The notes: generated by a model not told the origin, from the sequence alone. A stretch of DNA of 34,045 nt from Acutalibacteraceae bacterium (GCA_045597065.1 JAZODO010000160.1:1-34045), one strand, 5' to 3'; shown: positions 24,525-33,695, counted from the stretch's first letter. Translations and numbers: made by a program.

Positions 24525-24701
24525 GTCGAAACAGTAATAGAAGTTACTGTTTCGACACCAAATCTCTGATTTGGTTACAAATTTTCTTTGAAAATTTGAC
24601 TAACCCATTGCAATGATTGTCGTGCATAATTAAATTGTGTGAAAATTTAATTATGCATAGCCGATAAAATCGGCTGTCGAAGCGCTTTTTAGCGTTTCGA
24701 C
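24525..24701 (+). other. Array of six consecutive near-perfect hairpins/palindromes (possible structured leader/ncRNA or operator cluster)
   Basis: H1 24525-24556 (13 bp). H2 24557-24575 (7 bp). H3 24578-24598 (8 bp). H4 24623-24657 (14 bp). H5 24659-24675 (7 bp). H6 24676-24701 (11 bp, one G-U). The first and last hairpins share the outer arms GTCGAA.../...TTCGAC. The strand is uncertain. Confidence 0.6.
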
Positions 24702-24748
24702 AAACCACAACCATTATAATAGGTATATATTTTAAACGGAGTTTTAAT

Positions 24749-25711
24749 ATGGAAATATTTACTGTTGGAAAAAATGACGCAGGAAAGCGTTTAGATAAGT
24801 TTATTTTAAAGGCTATACCCGCGCTTCCGCAATCTCTTATGTATAGATTTATTCGTACAAAACACATTAAGGTAAACGGAAAGCGAGCCGAAATTAGCAC
24901 AAAGCTAAACGAGGGCGACAAGGTAGAGGCTTGGATTAAAGACGAGTTTTTTGTAAAACCCGAAAAGAGATATGACTTTTTGGGCGCACCCTCTAAACTC
25001 GATATTGTTTACGAAGACGAAAACATTATTCTTGTAGATAAAAAGCAAGGGGTGCTTGTACACCCCGATGATAAAGAATATACCGATACCCTTATTGGCC
25101 GTATTAGGCATTACCTTTACGACAAGGGCGAATTCGACCCCGAAAAGGAAAACGGTTTTTCTCCCGCACTGGCCAACCGAATTGACAGGGGTACGGGCGG
25201 AATAGTTATAGCCGCTAAAAACGCCGAAGCGCTTAGAATTCTTTGCGATAAAATTAAAGAGCGCGAAATAGACAAGCAGTATTTAGCCGTTGTTCACGGG
25301 GTTCCCGCAAAAAAAGAGGCAACGCTTGAAGGCTTTTTAGAAAAGAACGAAAGCAAAAACAAGGTTTACCTAAAAAACAGCCGAGAAGAAGGCGGACTTA
25401 CAATTAAAACAAGATACCGCGTTTTAAACAGTAAAAATAACCTTTCGCTAATAGAAGTTGACCTTCTTACCGGTAGAACACACCAAATCAGAGCTCATAT
25501 GGCCTCTATCGGACACCCGCTTCTAGGCGACGGAAAGTACGGCAAACTGGCGCAAGATAAAAAGCTCGGCTATACAAGACAAGCCCTTTATTCTTATAAA
25601 TTAACCTTTAACTTTAAAACAGATGGCGGAATTTTAGACTACCTAAACGGTAAAACCTTTAAGGTAAACCGCGTTTGGTTCGCCGAAGAGTTATTCGGAT
25701 TTAGAGTTTAA
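24749..25711 (+). CDS. RluA-family (RluC/RluD-like) 23S rRNA pseudouridine synthase with N-terminal S4 domain
   Basis: 320 aa containing ANRIDRGTGGIVIAAKN (catalytic Asp motif) and GRTHQIRAHMASIGHPLLGDGKYG. Confidence 0.9.
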   Translation: MEIFTVGKNDAGKRLDKFILKAIPALPQSLMYRFIRTKHIKVNGKRAEISTKLNEGDKVEAWIKDEFFVKPEKRYDFLGAPSKLDIVYEDENIILVDKKQGVLVHPDDKEYTDTLIGRIRHYLYDKGEFDPEKENGFSPALANRIDRGTGGIVIAAKNAEALRILCDKIKEREIDKQYLAVVHGVPAKKEATLEGFLEKNESKNKVYLKNSREEGGLTIKTRYRVLNSKNNLSLIEVDLLTGRTHQIRAHMASIGHPLLGDGKYGKLAQDKKLGYTRQALYSYKLTFNFKTDGGILDYLNGKTFKVNRVWFAEELFGFRV

Positions 25712-26180
25712 AGGCAATATCTTTATCGCCCCAGGTATAGGGGGTAAGTTTAATACCGGCTGCCTTAAACATCATTTTAGAAGCAAGGGTAGATTCGGTA
25801 GTAGCGTATTTATCGCTTTTATAAATAATTTCGGAAACGCCGGCTTGAATAATAGCCTTTGCACATTCGTTACAAGGGAAAAGGGTTGTATAAACCTTAC
25901 TGCCTTCGAGCGAGCCGCCGCGATAATTTAAAATAGCGTTAAGCTCGGCATGGCAAACGAATAAATATTTAGTATCGAGCGGGCTACCTTCGCGGTCCCA
26001 GGGGAATTCATCATCGGAACAGGATTTAGGCATTCCGTTATAGCCTACCGACATAATTTTATTATCTTGGCTTACAATACAAGCGCCAACCTGAGTAGAA
26101 GGGTCTTTACTGCGCATAGCCGAAAGTTCGGCAACGCCCATAAAATATTCGTCCCAAGAAAGATAACCTTCGCGTTTCAT
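25701..26180 (-). CDS. comEB: Deoxycytidylate (dCMP) deaminase, ComEB-type
   Basis: Zinc motifs HAELNAI and PCNECAK are present. I place the start at the ATG at 26180 (MKREGYLSWDEYFMG..., GAGGTG RBS) rather than 26192. The 3' end overlaps the convergent rlu gene by 11 nt. Confidence 0.9.
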   Translation of the reverse strand: MKREGYLSWDEYFMGVAELSAMRSKDPSTQVGACIVSQDNKIMSVGYNGMPKSCSDDEFPWDREGSPLDTKYLFVCHAELNAILNYRGGSLEGSKVYTTLFPCNECAKAIIQAGVSEIIYKSDKYATTESTLASKMMFKAAGIKLTPYTWGDKDIAFKL

Positions 26181-26293
26181 AAAACACCTCATAAAAATTA
26201 CTATTTATTGGGGATTTAGCGCTCCCCTTTTTCGACATTTTAACACATTTGATAGCCTTTTACAATAAATATATAAATTTTTTCAAAAAAGAC

Positions 26294-26322
26294 TTGCAAA
26301 TTTAATAGTTTTCTGTTATTAT
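26294..26322 (+). promoter_or_regulatory. Sigma-A-type promoter for rpmB
   Basis: TTGCAA, a 17-nt spacer, then TATTAT, with TGt upstream (extended -10). It lies about 50 nt upstream of the rpmB ATG. Confidence 0.55.
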
Positions 26323-26370
26323 ATCTTTTGCTATTGATTAGATACCCTAAGAAGAGGAGGTGCAGTGTCC

Positions 26371-26559
26371 ATGGCAAAATGTGATATCTGCAGCAAGGAA
26401 ATTGCTTTCGGCATTAAGGTTTCTCACTCTCACAGAAGAACTAACAGAACTTGGAAACCCAATGTTGTAAAGGTTAAGGCCATCGTAAACGGCACACCCC
26501 GTCGAATCAGTGTCTGCACCCGTTGCCTACGTTCAGGCAAGGTTGTACGCGCTATCTAA
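26371..26559 (+). CDS. rpmB: 50S ribosomal protein L28 (zinc-ribbon C+ form)
   Basis: MAKCDICSKEIAFGIKVSHSHRRTNRTWKPNV...CTRCLRSGKV. GAGGAGG RBS. The ATG at 26371 is preferred to the GTG at 26365. Confidence 0.9.
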   Translation: MAKCDICSKEIAFGIKVSHSHRRTNRTWKPNVVKVKAIVNGTPRRISVCTRCLRSGKVVRAI

Positions 26560-26584
26560 TTTTAGACGGACAGAGCAATAACTT

Positions 26585-26620
26585 AAAACCCGAAGACTTT
26601 TGTCTTCGGGTTTTTGCTTT
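26585..26620. terminator. Bidirectional intrinsic terminator between rpmB (+) and gpsA (-)
   Basis: aaacccgaagac(tttt)gtcttcgggttt forms a 12-bp perfect stem with U-tracts on both strands. Confidence 0.85.
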
Positions 26621-27601
26621 TTATTCATCTTTAAACGGGCGGGTCATTAAGGGGATTACAACGTCTTTAACCGAGTAGTTGTTATAAAGCATTTCGTAGC
26701 AGATGCTAATTATTGGGGCATCTACCCCGTTTTCTTTAGCCAGTTTATAGGCCATTTTAGCGGCAAAGTAACCCTCTACCGTACCAACGGTTTCCAGCGC
26801 TTCTTTTACGCTAACGCCTTTACCTACAAGTTCGCCAAAACGGTGGTTTCGGCTATGAACCGAAGTACAGGTAACGATTAAATCGCCTATACCCGAAAGG
26901 CCCGAGAATGTTATGGCATTGGCGCCAAGCGCAACACCAATTCTTGTCATTTCGGCAAGACCTCGGGTTATAAGGGCGGCTTTAGAGTTGTCGCCAAGGC
27001 CCATTCCGTCGCAAACACCGGCGGCAACGGCAATAATATTTTTAAGAGCACCGCCTAGTTCTACGCCAATAATATCGGTATTAGTATAAACCCTTAAAGA
27101 GTTGTTTGAGAAAAGTTCTTGAACGGTTTTAAGGGCTTCTTCATTACTGCCCGAAACGGTTAGCATAGTAGGAATTTTTCTGGCAACCTCTTCGGCATGA
27201 GAGGGGCCCGAAAGCACCACAACGGGAGAATTTTTAAGTTCGGACTCTATTACCTTAGATAGGCGGAGAGATGTTTCGGGTTCGAAACCCTTAGCAACGT
27301 TTACAACAATACCTATATTTTCAATTTCTTTAAGCTTTGCAGCCGTTTGGCGCACAGCAAAAGAAGGGGTTGCAATAACCGTTACGTCGCTACCCGAGGC
27401 TACCGAAATATCGGTAGTAACGGTAATAGAGGAAGGAATAGTTATTCCCTTTAAAAGTTTTTCGTTTTGATGAGTAGCGTTTATTGTATTTACCTCTTCG
27501 CTAAAAGGCGACCAAACGAATACTTCGTGATTATTTTCATTAAGAGTAAGCGCTAGGGCAAGGCCCCAACCGCCTGCTCCGAGAACGGTAATTTTAGCCA
27601 T
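26621..27601 (-). CDS. gpsA: NAD(P)H-dependent glycerol-3-phosphate dehydrogenase
   Basis: MAKITVLGAGGWGLALALTL Rossmann N-terminus, GALKNIIAVAAG and NHRFGE motifs. Confidence 0.9.
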   Translation of the reverse strand: MAKITVLGAGGWGLALALTLNENNHEVFVWSPFSEEVNTINATHQNEKLLKGITIPSSITVTTDISVASGSDVTVIATPSFAVRQTAAKLKEIENIGIVVNVAKGFEPETSLRLSKVIESELKNSPVVVLSGPSHAEEVARKIPTMLTVSGSNEEALKTVQELFSNNSLRVYTNTDIIGVELGGALKNIIAVAAGVCDGMGLGDNSKAALITRGLAEMTRIGVALGANAITFSGLSGIGDLIVTCTSVHSRNHRFGELVGKGVSVKEALETVGTVEGYFAAKMAYKLAKENGVDAPIISICYEMLYNNYSVKDVVIPLMTRPFKDE

Positions 27602-27610
27602 TATATCTCC

Positions 27611-28306
27611 TTACTTTTTAGAAGAAATTTTCTTTTCTGTTCCATTTAAGAGGCGAACTATATTACTTTTATGTTTTGAAATTACAATAGCCCCCGCAAT
27701 AACCGCAATAATTATTGTAGGAATGATATTATAATCTACTACCGGAAAAAATGCGTTTCCGACGTCTGTTGGACCGAAAACCGAATAGATAATAGCCGAA
27801 GTTACAACGGTTATAGTGGCTAGAATAGAACTTAGCGACACTATTCTGGTTATAACCACGCCAAGCGCAAACACCAAAAGACCAAGAACTATGGCAATAG
27901 GGCAACAAACAGCAAAGGTTCCAACGCTGCAAGCAACCGCTTTTCCGCCCTTAAAGCCAAAGAAAACCGGAAAAATGTGTCCAAGCATTACGGCAATAAG
28001 GCAAATATACGCGCCGTACATAGGGTTAAAAACTTCGGTAGCAGTTGGCGTTTGGCTAATATAAGAAAAAACCATTTTACCAACAAAGCAAGCAACAAAA
28101 CCTTTTAGCGCATCGCACACAAAGGTTAACATTCCGGGAAGCTTACCTGCGGTACGAAGAACATTGGTTGCTCCGGCATTTCCGCTACCTTCGTTTCTAA
28201 CATCTTTTCCTGTAAAAAGTTTAGTAAAAATTACAGAAAAACTAACAGAACCTATAAGGTAGGCAAAAACTACCGCTATAAGAGCAAGTATAATGTTCAA
28301 ACTCAT
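27611..28306 (-). CDS. plsY: Glycerol-3-phosphate acyltransferase PlsY
   Basis: 231-aa membrane protein with GSGNAGATNVLRTAG and FKGGKAVA motifs. Confidence 0.9.
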   Translation of the reverse strand: MSLNIILALIAVVFAYLIGSVSFSVIFTKLFTGKDVRNEGSGNAGATNVLRTAGKLPGMLTFVCDALKGFVACFVGKMVFSYISQTPTATEVFNPMYGAYICLIAVMLGHIFPVFFGFKGGKAVACSVGTFAVCCPIAIVLGLLVFALGVVITRIVSLSSILATITVVTSAIIYSVFGPTDVGNAFFPVVDYNIIPTIIIAVIAGAIVISKHKSNIVRLLNGTEKKISSKK

Positions 28307-28308
28307 AG

Positions 28309-29631
28309 TTATTTTTCTCCTCTTTCTCTAATTACAAAGCGTACCGGCGTTCCTTCGAGGCCAAAGGTAGAACGAATTTGATTTTCTAGATAACGTTGGT
28401 ACGAAAAATGGAATAAATCGGCTCGGTTACAAAAGCAAACGAATGTTGGCGGTTTTGTAGAAGCTTGGGTCATATAGTAAATTTTAAGCCTTCTGCCCTT
28501 GTCGGTTGGGGGTTGAACGCGGGCGGTAGCTTCGGCCAAAATATCGTTTAGGCGGCCGGTTGAAATACGCATTGTATTTTGTTCGTGAACATATTTAATA
28601 AGTTCGAAAAGGCGGTCGAGTCGTTGGCCTGTTTTTGCCGAAATAAAGATAATGGGGGCAAAGGGCATAAAGGAAAAGTCTTTCATTAAACTTTTTCTGT
28701 ATGAGTCCATAGTTCTGCCGTCTTTTTCGACAATATCCCACTTGTTGACTGCAATTATACAAGCCTTACCTTGTTCCAGGGCAAGACCCGCTACTTTAGA
28801 GTCTTGTTCGGTAAAGCCGTCGGTTCCGTCTATCATAATAACGCAAACATCGCTGCGTTCTATTGCCATTCGGGCGCGAATAACACTATACTTTTCGAGT
28901 TTATCGTCTACCTTACTTTTACGGCGGAGTCCCGCAGTATCGGTAAAGTTAAATTTACCGAATTTATTTTCGACAAGGGTATCGATAGCGTCGCGAGTGG
29001 TACCCGCAATATCGGAAACGATAGCGCGTTCTTCTCCCGTTACCGCATTAACCAGCGAAGATTTACCGGCATTAGGTTTACCTATTACGGCAACGTTTAT
29101 AACTTCGCTTTCAAATTCATCGGATTCGTGTTTAGGAAGGTGTTTTACAACCTCGTCTAAAAGGTCGCCTGTTCCGTGGCCGTGAACCGAAGAAACGGCA
29201 ACAGGGTCGCCAAGGCCTAAATTATAAAATTCGTAAAAGTCGAGCGGTAAATCACCTAGTTTATCACACTTATTAACACAAAGCACAACCGGTTTACCGC
29301 TTTTTTGAAGCATAGCGGCAACGTCCGAATCGGAGGCGGTAACACCACATTTTAGGTCTACCACAAAAACGATTACGTTCGCCATTTCGATAGCGAGTTG
29401 GGCTTGGTTACGCATTCCTGCTAAAATAACGTCGTCGGTACCGGGTTCGATACCACCGGTATCGATAAGCATCATTTGATAGCCGCACCATTCGGCATCT
29501 CCGTATATTCTATCACGGGTAACACCGGGAGTATCGTCGACTATTGACATTCTTTTTCCTATAAGTTTGTTAAAGAGGGTCGATTTACCTACATTTGGTC
29601 GCCCTACAACGGCAACAACGGGTTTCGCCAT
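28309..29631 (-). CDS. der: Ribosome-biogenesis GTPase Der (EngA), tandem G domains plus KH-like domain
   Basis: Two P-loops (GRPNVGKST, GKPNAGKSS), two DTGG/DTAG motifs, and two NKCD/NKWD motifs. Confidence 0.95.
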   Translation of the reverse strand: MAKPVVAVVGRPNVGKSTLFNKLIGKRMSIVDDTPGVTRDRIYGDAEWCGYQMMLIDTGGIEPGTDDVILAGMRNQAQLAIEMANVIVFVVDLKCGVTASDSDVAAMLQKSGKPVVLCVNKCDKLGDLPLDFYEFYNLGLGDPVAVSSVHGHGTGDLLDEVVKHLPKHESDEFESEVINVAVIGKPNAGKSSLVNAVTGEERAIVSDIAGTTRDAIDTLVENKFGKFNFTDTAGLRRKSKVDDKLEKYSVIRARMAIERSDVCVIMIDGTDGFTEQDSKVAGLALEQGKACIIAVNKWDIVEKDGRTMDSYRKSLMKDFSFMPFAPIIFISAKTGQRLDRLFELIKYVHEQNTMRISTGRLNDILAEATARVQPPTDKGRRLKIYYMTQASTKPPTFVCFCNRADLFHFSYQRYLENQIRSTFGLEGTPVRFVIRERGEK

Positions 29632-29646
29632 AAAAAATACCTCTCT

Positions 29647-30951
29647 TTACTCGTTATTATTAAGGGCCGATACAAAGGAATATCCGTCGGGTTCGGTTAT
29701 AACAACCTTTACCCCAAGTTCACGTTCTAGGTCGGTAACCGAAACATCGTCTAAAAATAAGTCGCGTTCGAACCTTAACATACAAGAAGGAACAAGCAGA
29801 ATATCATAGAGTTCTTGGCCTTTTAGTTGGTTTATTATATCGGAGCCGGTAACAAGGCCGGCAACAGTAATTTTTTCGCCGAAAAAGTTGTTCTCTATTT
29901 TATAAACCTTACAACTTAAATTATGCCATTTAAGGAGCGCCTTGTCAACAGTAGACTTTATAAGCGGATAGGCGGCAACCCCAGTAATACAGGTTATATT
30001 GCGAGGTTTTTCGGGCTCGTCAAGGTCGGCGAGCGCTTCGGCCGATTCTTTTTCGAAAAGGGCCCACATTCCAACACCGTTATCAAGTTGGGGAAAATCG
30101 CCATATTCGGTATAGTTTGGAATAGGAAGTTCGGCCTTTAGGTAAAATTCGTCGGCCGCGTAAACCAGGCGATTATCACGTTCGGCCTTTAGTTTATTAC
30201 CTATTTGTTCGGTTATTTCTATAACCGATTTAGCGGTTTCTTTATTAAAGGGTTCTATTTCGGCAAGGCCTTCTCTAAATTTAGTAAGGCCAACGGGAAC
30301 AGAAGCTATACATTCGACATTTTTATAGGATGAGAGTTCTTCCAGCGAGCGTTTTAGTTCTTCCCCGTCGTTATATCCGGGGACTAAAACCAGTTGGAAG
30401 TTCATTTTTATTCCCGCTTGGTCGAACCTTTTAATAATTTTTAAGGCTTCGCCTGCAAAACGGTTATTCATCATTACAGAGCGGAGTTCGGGATTTACGG
30501 TATGAACCGAAATATTAACCGGGCTTATGTGCATTTTAATAATTCGGTCGATTTCGTGTTCGGTTAGGTTGGTTAAGGTGATATAGTTGCCAAAAAGGAA
30601 GGAAAGGCGCGAGTCGTCGTCTTTAAAATAGAGTGTTTCGCGAAGGCCTTTTGGCATTTGGTCGATAAAGCAGAAAATACACTTATTCTTACAAGAACGT
30701 TGGCAATCCATAAGATAATTGTCAAAATTAAGGCCGAGTTCTTCGTATTCGCTCTTTTTAATTTTATAAACCTTTTGTTTACCCTTTACGGTTTCTATAA
30801 GAAGGGTCAACTTTTCTTCGTTTTGGTAAAAACGGTAGTCTAGAACGTCGATAATTTCGTTACCGTTTATAGAAATAAGGGTACTACCCGCCTTAATTCG
30901 CGCTTTTGCGGCAGGGCTTTTTTTCTCTACTCCCTCTATTTTAACCGACAT
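29647..30951 (-). CDS. DUF512-family PDZ plus radical-SAM-like protein
   Basis: 434 aa with an N-terminal PDZ-like region (SPAAKARIKAGSTLISINGNEI) and a Cys cluster CQRSCKNKCIFCF. The conserved position upstream of der matches many Clostridia. Confidence 0.8.
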   Translation of the reverse strand: MSVKIEGVEKKSPAAKARIKAGSTLISINGNEIIDVLDYRFYQNEEKLTLLIETVKGKQKVYKIKKSEYEELGLNFDNYLMDCQRSCKNKCIFCFIDQMPKGLRETLYFKDDDSRLSFLFGNYITLTNLTEHEIDRIIKMHISPVNISVHTVNPELRSVMMNNRFAGEALKIIKRFDQAGIKMNFQLVLVPGYNDGEELKRSLEELSSYKNVECIASVPVGLTKFREGLAEIEPFNKETAKSVIEITEQIGNKLKAERDNRLVYAADEFYLKAELPIPNYTEYGDFPQLDNGVGMWALFEKESAEALADLDEPEKPRNITCITGVAAYPLIKSTVDKALLKWHNLSCKVYKIENNFFGEKITVAGLVTGSDIINQLKGQELYDILLVPSCMLRFERDLFLDDVSVTDLERELGVKVVITEPDGYSFVSALNNNE

Positions 30952-30963
30952 AAAATCACCTCA

Positions 30964-30995
30964 ATAAAAAAATAGAGAAGGATTGCTCCTCCTCT
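30964..30995 (-). terminator. Intrinsic terminator after rpmF
   Basis: Minus-strand RNA forms agaggagga(gcaa)uccuucucu, 9 bp with one G-U, followed by AUUUUUUUAUU. Confidence 0.7.
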
Positions 30996-31001
30996 ACTCC
31001 A

Positions 31002-31184
31002 TTAGTCTTCTACTTTTACAACTTCACGTCCGTTGTAGGTTCCACAAGCGGTGCAAAGTCTGTGAGGGCGCTTGTATTCGCCGCAACGCTCGCATTTAAC
31101 GAGGGTGGGAGCAGTAAGCTTCCATAAGTTATTACGTCTTTTGTCACGTCTTGCTTTAGATGTTTTTCTCTTCGGTACTGCCAT
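31002..31184 (-). CDS. rpmF: 50S ribosomal protein L32 (zinc-ribbon form)
   Basis: [17 protein letters not shown]...[18 protein letters not shown]. Confidence 0.95.
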   Translation of the reverse strand: MAVPKRKTSKARRDKRRNNLWKLTAPTLVKCERCGEYKRPHRLCTACGTYNGREVVKVED

Positions 31185-31220
31185 TTCAGCACCTCCTTAA
31201 TAAATTTTTTATTTGGTAGA

Positions 31221-31718
31221 TTAGTCTTTTAGGAGTTCTGCAAGTGCCGCAAGTCTGGGGTCGACCTCGCGTTTAGAGCAACCACAGTCGCCCTCGTTAA
31301 GGTTTTTACCGCAGTCGGGGCAAAGTCCCCTGCAAGAGTCGTTACACAACACTTTGGTTGGAAGGCTCATTACAATGTCGGCATAACAGAAGTCATCAAG
31401 GTTAAGTTGCATATCGGGGACAACCGTAATATCGTCGTTATCTTCGTTTTCGAGAATTGAAACGATAGTTCGGTTAATGTTTACGACATAAGGTATTGCC
31501 GTTTCTTTAAGGCAACGGTCGCAAAAACCGACATAACTAACCTTGCAACCGAGTTGAGCTTCTACAATACCTGCTCGGCTGACAATCTTTCCGCTGATTG
31601 CCACGGGAGAGCGAAGTGGTTTGACGCCAAGGAAACTAAGTTCAGACAAATCCATTTCGTGTTCTACCGACAGTTCATTTCTGCTGCCCGCAAATAAAGG
31701 CTTCAAATCAAGAAGCAT
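31221..31718 (-). CDS. yceD: YceD/DUF177 family protein (23S rRNA accumulation protein)
   Basis: 165 aa with a C-terminal Cys-rich segment CNDSCRGLCPDCGKNLNEGDCGC...DPRLAALAELL. Classic yceD-rpmF pairing. Confidence 0.85.
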   Translation of the reverse strand: MLLDLKPLFAGSRNELSVEHEMDLSELSFLGVKPLRSPVAISGKIVSRAGIVEAQLGCKVSYVGFCDRCLKETAIPYVVNINRTIVSILENEDNDDITVVPDMQLNLDDFCYADIVMSLPTKVLCNDSCRGLCPDCGKNLNEGDCGCSKREVDPRLAALAELLKD

Positions 31719-31745
31719 AATCTCACCTCAATTGACACAACTAAT

Positions 31746-31774
31746 ATTATATATAAGGGGAATTTATTTGTCAA
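31746..31774 (-). promoter_or_regulatory. Consensus sigma-A promoter for yceD-rpmF
   Basis: The minus strand reads TTGACA, a 17-nt spacer, then TATAAT: an exact consensus in both hexamers and spacing. Confidence 0.65.
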
Positions 31775-31786
31775 GCATTTTTTAAG

Positions 31787-31818
31787 ACAAAATTACGGAG
31801 CAGGAAAGCCTGCTCCGT
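31787..31818 (-). terminator. Intrinsic terminator after the small P-loop gene
   Basis: acggagcagg(aaag)cctgctccgt forms a 10-bp perfect stem. The minus-strand RNA is followed by AAUUUUG, a modest U tract. Confidence 0.6.
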
Positions 31819-31829
31819 AGCCTTAAAAA

Positions 31830-32234
31830 TTAGATTTTTTCAGCCATTTCAAAGACCGAGGCAGGAAGGTCTGCTTCGTCGCAAGAAACGGTAAATACAA
31901 ATTCGATATCTTTATTTTGGTTTAAACGAGCGAAGAATTTATCGAGCCCGTCTAGACCGCCGCCGATTTTTTTAGTAGCGTCGCCAAAGATATGGGTAAT
32001 ATCATAGTTACTTGCGGCTATTCCGCAGAGCATTGCATAATATTCATCATAACCGGAGATTCCGTAACTTTCTACATCGATAAGTCGAACTTCTTTAGAC
32101 ACGCTAAGTTTTAGCACGTCGCCCTTTTCAACGCAAACAACACTACCGGGGCTGTTTTTAGCCGCAGTGTTAACCTGGTCGATGAGTCTTTTTGTTTTGC
32201 CTGAACCTTTGTTTCCGATAATAAGTTTAATCAT
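31830..32234 (-). CDS. Small (134 aa) P-loop protein of unknown function
   Basis: N-terminal beta-strand plus Walker A MIKLIIGNKGSGKTKRL. A candidate Walker-B-like hydrophobic strand ends in VVCVEKGD. I do not recognise any other motifs. Confidence 0.5.
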   Translation of the reverse strand: MIKLIIGNKGSGKTKRLIDQVNTAAKNSPGSVVCVEKGDVLKLSVSKEVRLIDVESYGISGYDEYYAMLCGIAASNYDITHIFGDATKKIGGGLDGLDKFFARLNQNKDIEFVFTVSCDEADLPASVFEMAEKI

Positions 32235-32281
32235 ATTATCCGCTCCTTTATTTATATATACATCGCAAAAGCGATTGTTTT

Positions 32282-33622
32282 TTATTTTGCAAGACGAGCT
32301 TCAAGCTCTGCCTTTGCGGCTTCGTAGCCGGGTTTACCAAGTAGGGCAAACATATTCTTTTTATAGCTTTCTACGCCGGGTTGGTCGAAGGGATTAACGC
32401 CTAAAACATAACCCGAAATACCACAAGCCTTTTCGAAGAAGTAGATTAGTCGGCCTAGGTTTTCTTCGTCGGCCTTATCTAGGTTTATTACAAGGTTTGG
32501 AACCTGACCGTCGGTATGGGCGAGAACGGTTCCTTCGAAAGCCTTTTGATTTACGAAAGAAAGAGGTTTACCGGCAAGGAAATTAAGTCCGTCGCCATCG
32601 TCGGCTTCTTTTTCGATTAAAACGTCGTTTCCACACTCTCCGATAGTAACAACCGTTTCGAAAAGAATACGGCTACCGTCTTGAATATATTGACCCATAG
32701 AGTGAAGGTCGGTAGAAAAGACAACCGAAGCAGGTAAAAGACCCTTACCGTCTTTACCTTCGCTTTCGCCAAAGAGTTGTTTATACCATTCGGCCATCAT
32801 AGTAAAGCGAGGTTCGTAAGAAACGAGCATTTCAACCGCTTTTCCCTTGCGATAAAAGGCGTTACGAATAGCAGCGTAGGTATAGCAAGGGTTAGCGTTT
32901 ATATCGTTTACTGCGTAGTCGGCAGCAGCGTCGGCCGCGCCCTTCATTAAAGCGTCTAAATCGGCTCCGCAAACGGCAATAGGCAGAAGGCCTACCGCGG
33001 TAAGAACCGAGAAACGACCGCCAACGTCGTCGGGAATAACGAAACATTCATAACCCTTTTGGTCGGCAAGTTGTTTTAAAGTTCCGCGAGCCTTGTCGGT
33101 AGTACAGTAAATACGTTTTGCGGCTTCTTCTTCGCCATAACGTTCTTCGAGGTATTTACGAAGAACACGGAAAGCAATAGCAGGTTCGGTAGTAGTTCCC
33201 GATTTAGAAACTATATTTACCGAAACACGTTTACCTTCGCAAATTTTTAGTAGGTCGTCTAGCGCGGAACCGCTAATAGTGTTACCCGCGAAATAAATAT
33301 CGGGGGTATTTTTAGGAAGCGCATTATAATTATTAGATTTTAAAAATTCAATAGCGGCACGAGCGCCAAGGTAAGAACCGCCAATACCGATTACTATAAA
33401 AATATCGGTATCGGAAATAATTTTAGCGGCGGCTTTTTTAATACGAGAAAATTCGTCTTTATCGTATTCAAAAGGAAGGTTTACCCAACCTAAAAAGTCG
33501 TTACCTAAACCGGTTTTATTATGTAACATATTATGCGCAGCGCTAACCTGCTCTTTAAGGCCGATTATATCGTTTTCCGAGAGAAAATCGGCCGCATATT
33601 TAAAGTTAAAGTTTAAAGCCAT
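32282..33622 (-). CDS. pgi: Glucose-6-phosphate isomerase (short ~450-aa Firmicute type)
   Basis: 446 aa containing [41 protein letters not shown] and [11 protein letters not shown] motifs. Confidence 0.95.
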   Translation of the reverse strand: MALNFNFKYAADFLSENDIIGLKEQVSAAHNMLHNKTGLGNDFLGWVNLPFEYDKDEFSRIKKAAAKIISDTDIFIVIGIGGSYLGARAAIEFLKSNNYNALPKNTPDIYFAGNTISGSALDDLLKICEGKRVSVNIVSKSGTTTEPAIAFRVLRKYLEERYGEEEAAKRIYCTTDKARGTLKQLADQKGYECFVIPDDVGGRFSVLTAVGLLPIAVCGADLDALMKGAADAAADYAVNDINANPCYTYAAIRNAFYRKGKAVEMLVSYEPRFTMMAEWYKQLFGESEGKDGKGLLPASVVFSTDLHSMGQYIQDGSRILFETVVTIGECGNDVLIEKEADDGDGLNFLAGKPLSFVNQKAFEGTVLAHTDGQVPNLVINLDKADEENLGRLIYFFEKACGISGYVLGVNPFDQPGVESYKKNMFALLGKPGYEAAKAELEARLAK

Positions 33623-33666
33623 TGTTTTTAGTGCTCCTCTGGGTACTTTTATTACTGTTTATATAT

Positions 33667-33695
33667 ATTCTACACTAAAACTTTGTATTTTTCAA
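33667..33695 (-). promoter_or_regulatory. Possible sigma-A-type promoter for pgi
   Basis: The minus strand reads TTGAAA, a 17-nt spacer, then TAGAAT, about 45 nt upstream of the ATG. Confidence 0.45.

Noticed and set aside
24715-24720. Second TATAAT box close to the rlu start, as the real rlu promoter.
   Set aside because: I found no acceptable -35 element at 16-18 nt spacing. I kept it only as an alternative that would leave the hairpin array untranscribed from the plus strand, and did not list it as a feature.
24544-24921. 125-aa minus-strand ORF spanning the hairpin array and the 5' end of the rlu gene.
   Set aside because: It has no RBS, a Cys/Phe/Ile-rich low-complexity translation, and it overlaps a well-supported plus-strand gene and palindromic DNA. 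It is most likely a chance ORF.
26371-31184. Cys4 zinc-ribbon forms of L28 and L32, as a possible zinc-regulation signal.
   Set aside because: C+ forms are the default paralogues in many Firmicutes. No Zur-box-like palindrome or C- paralogue is present in the window.
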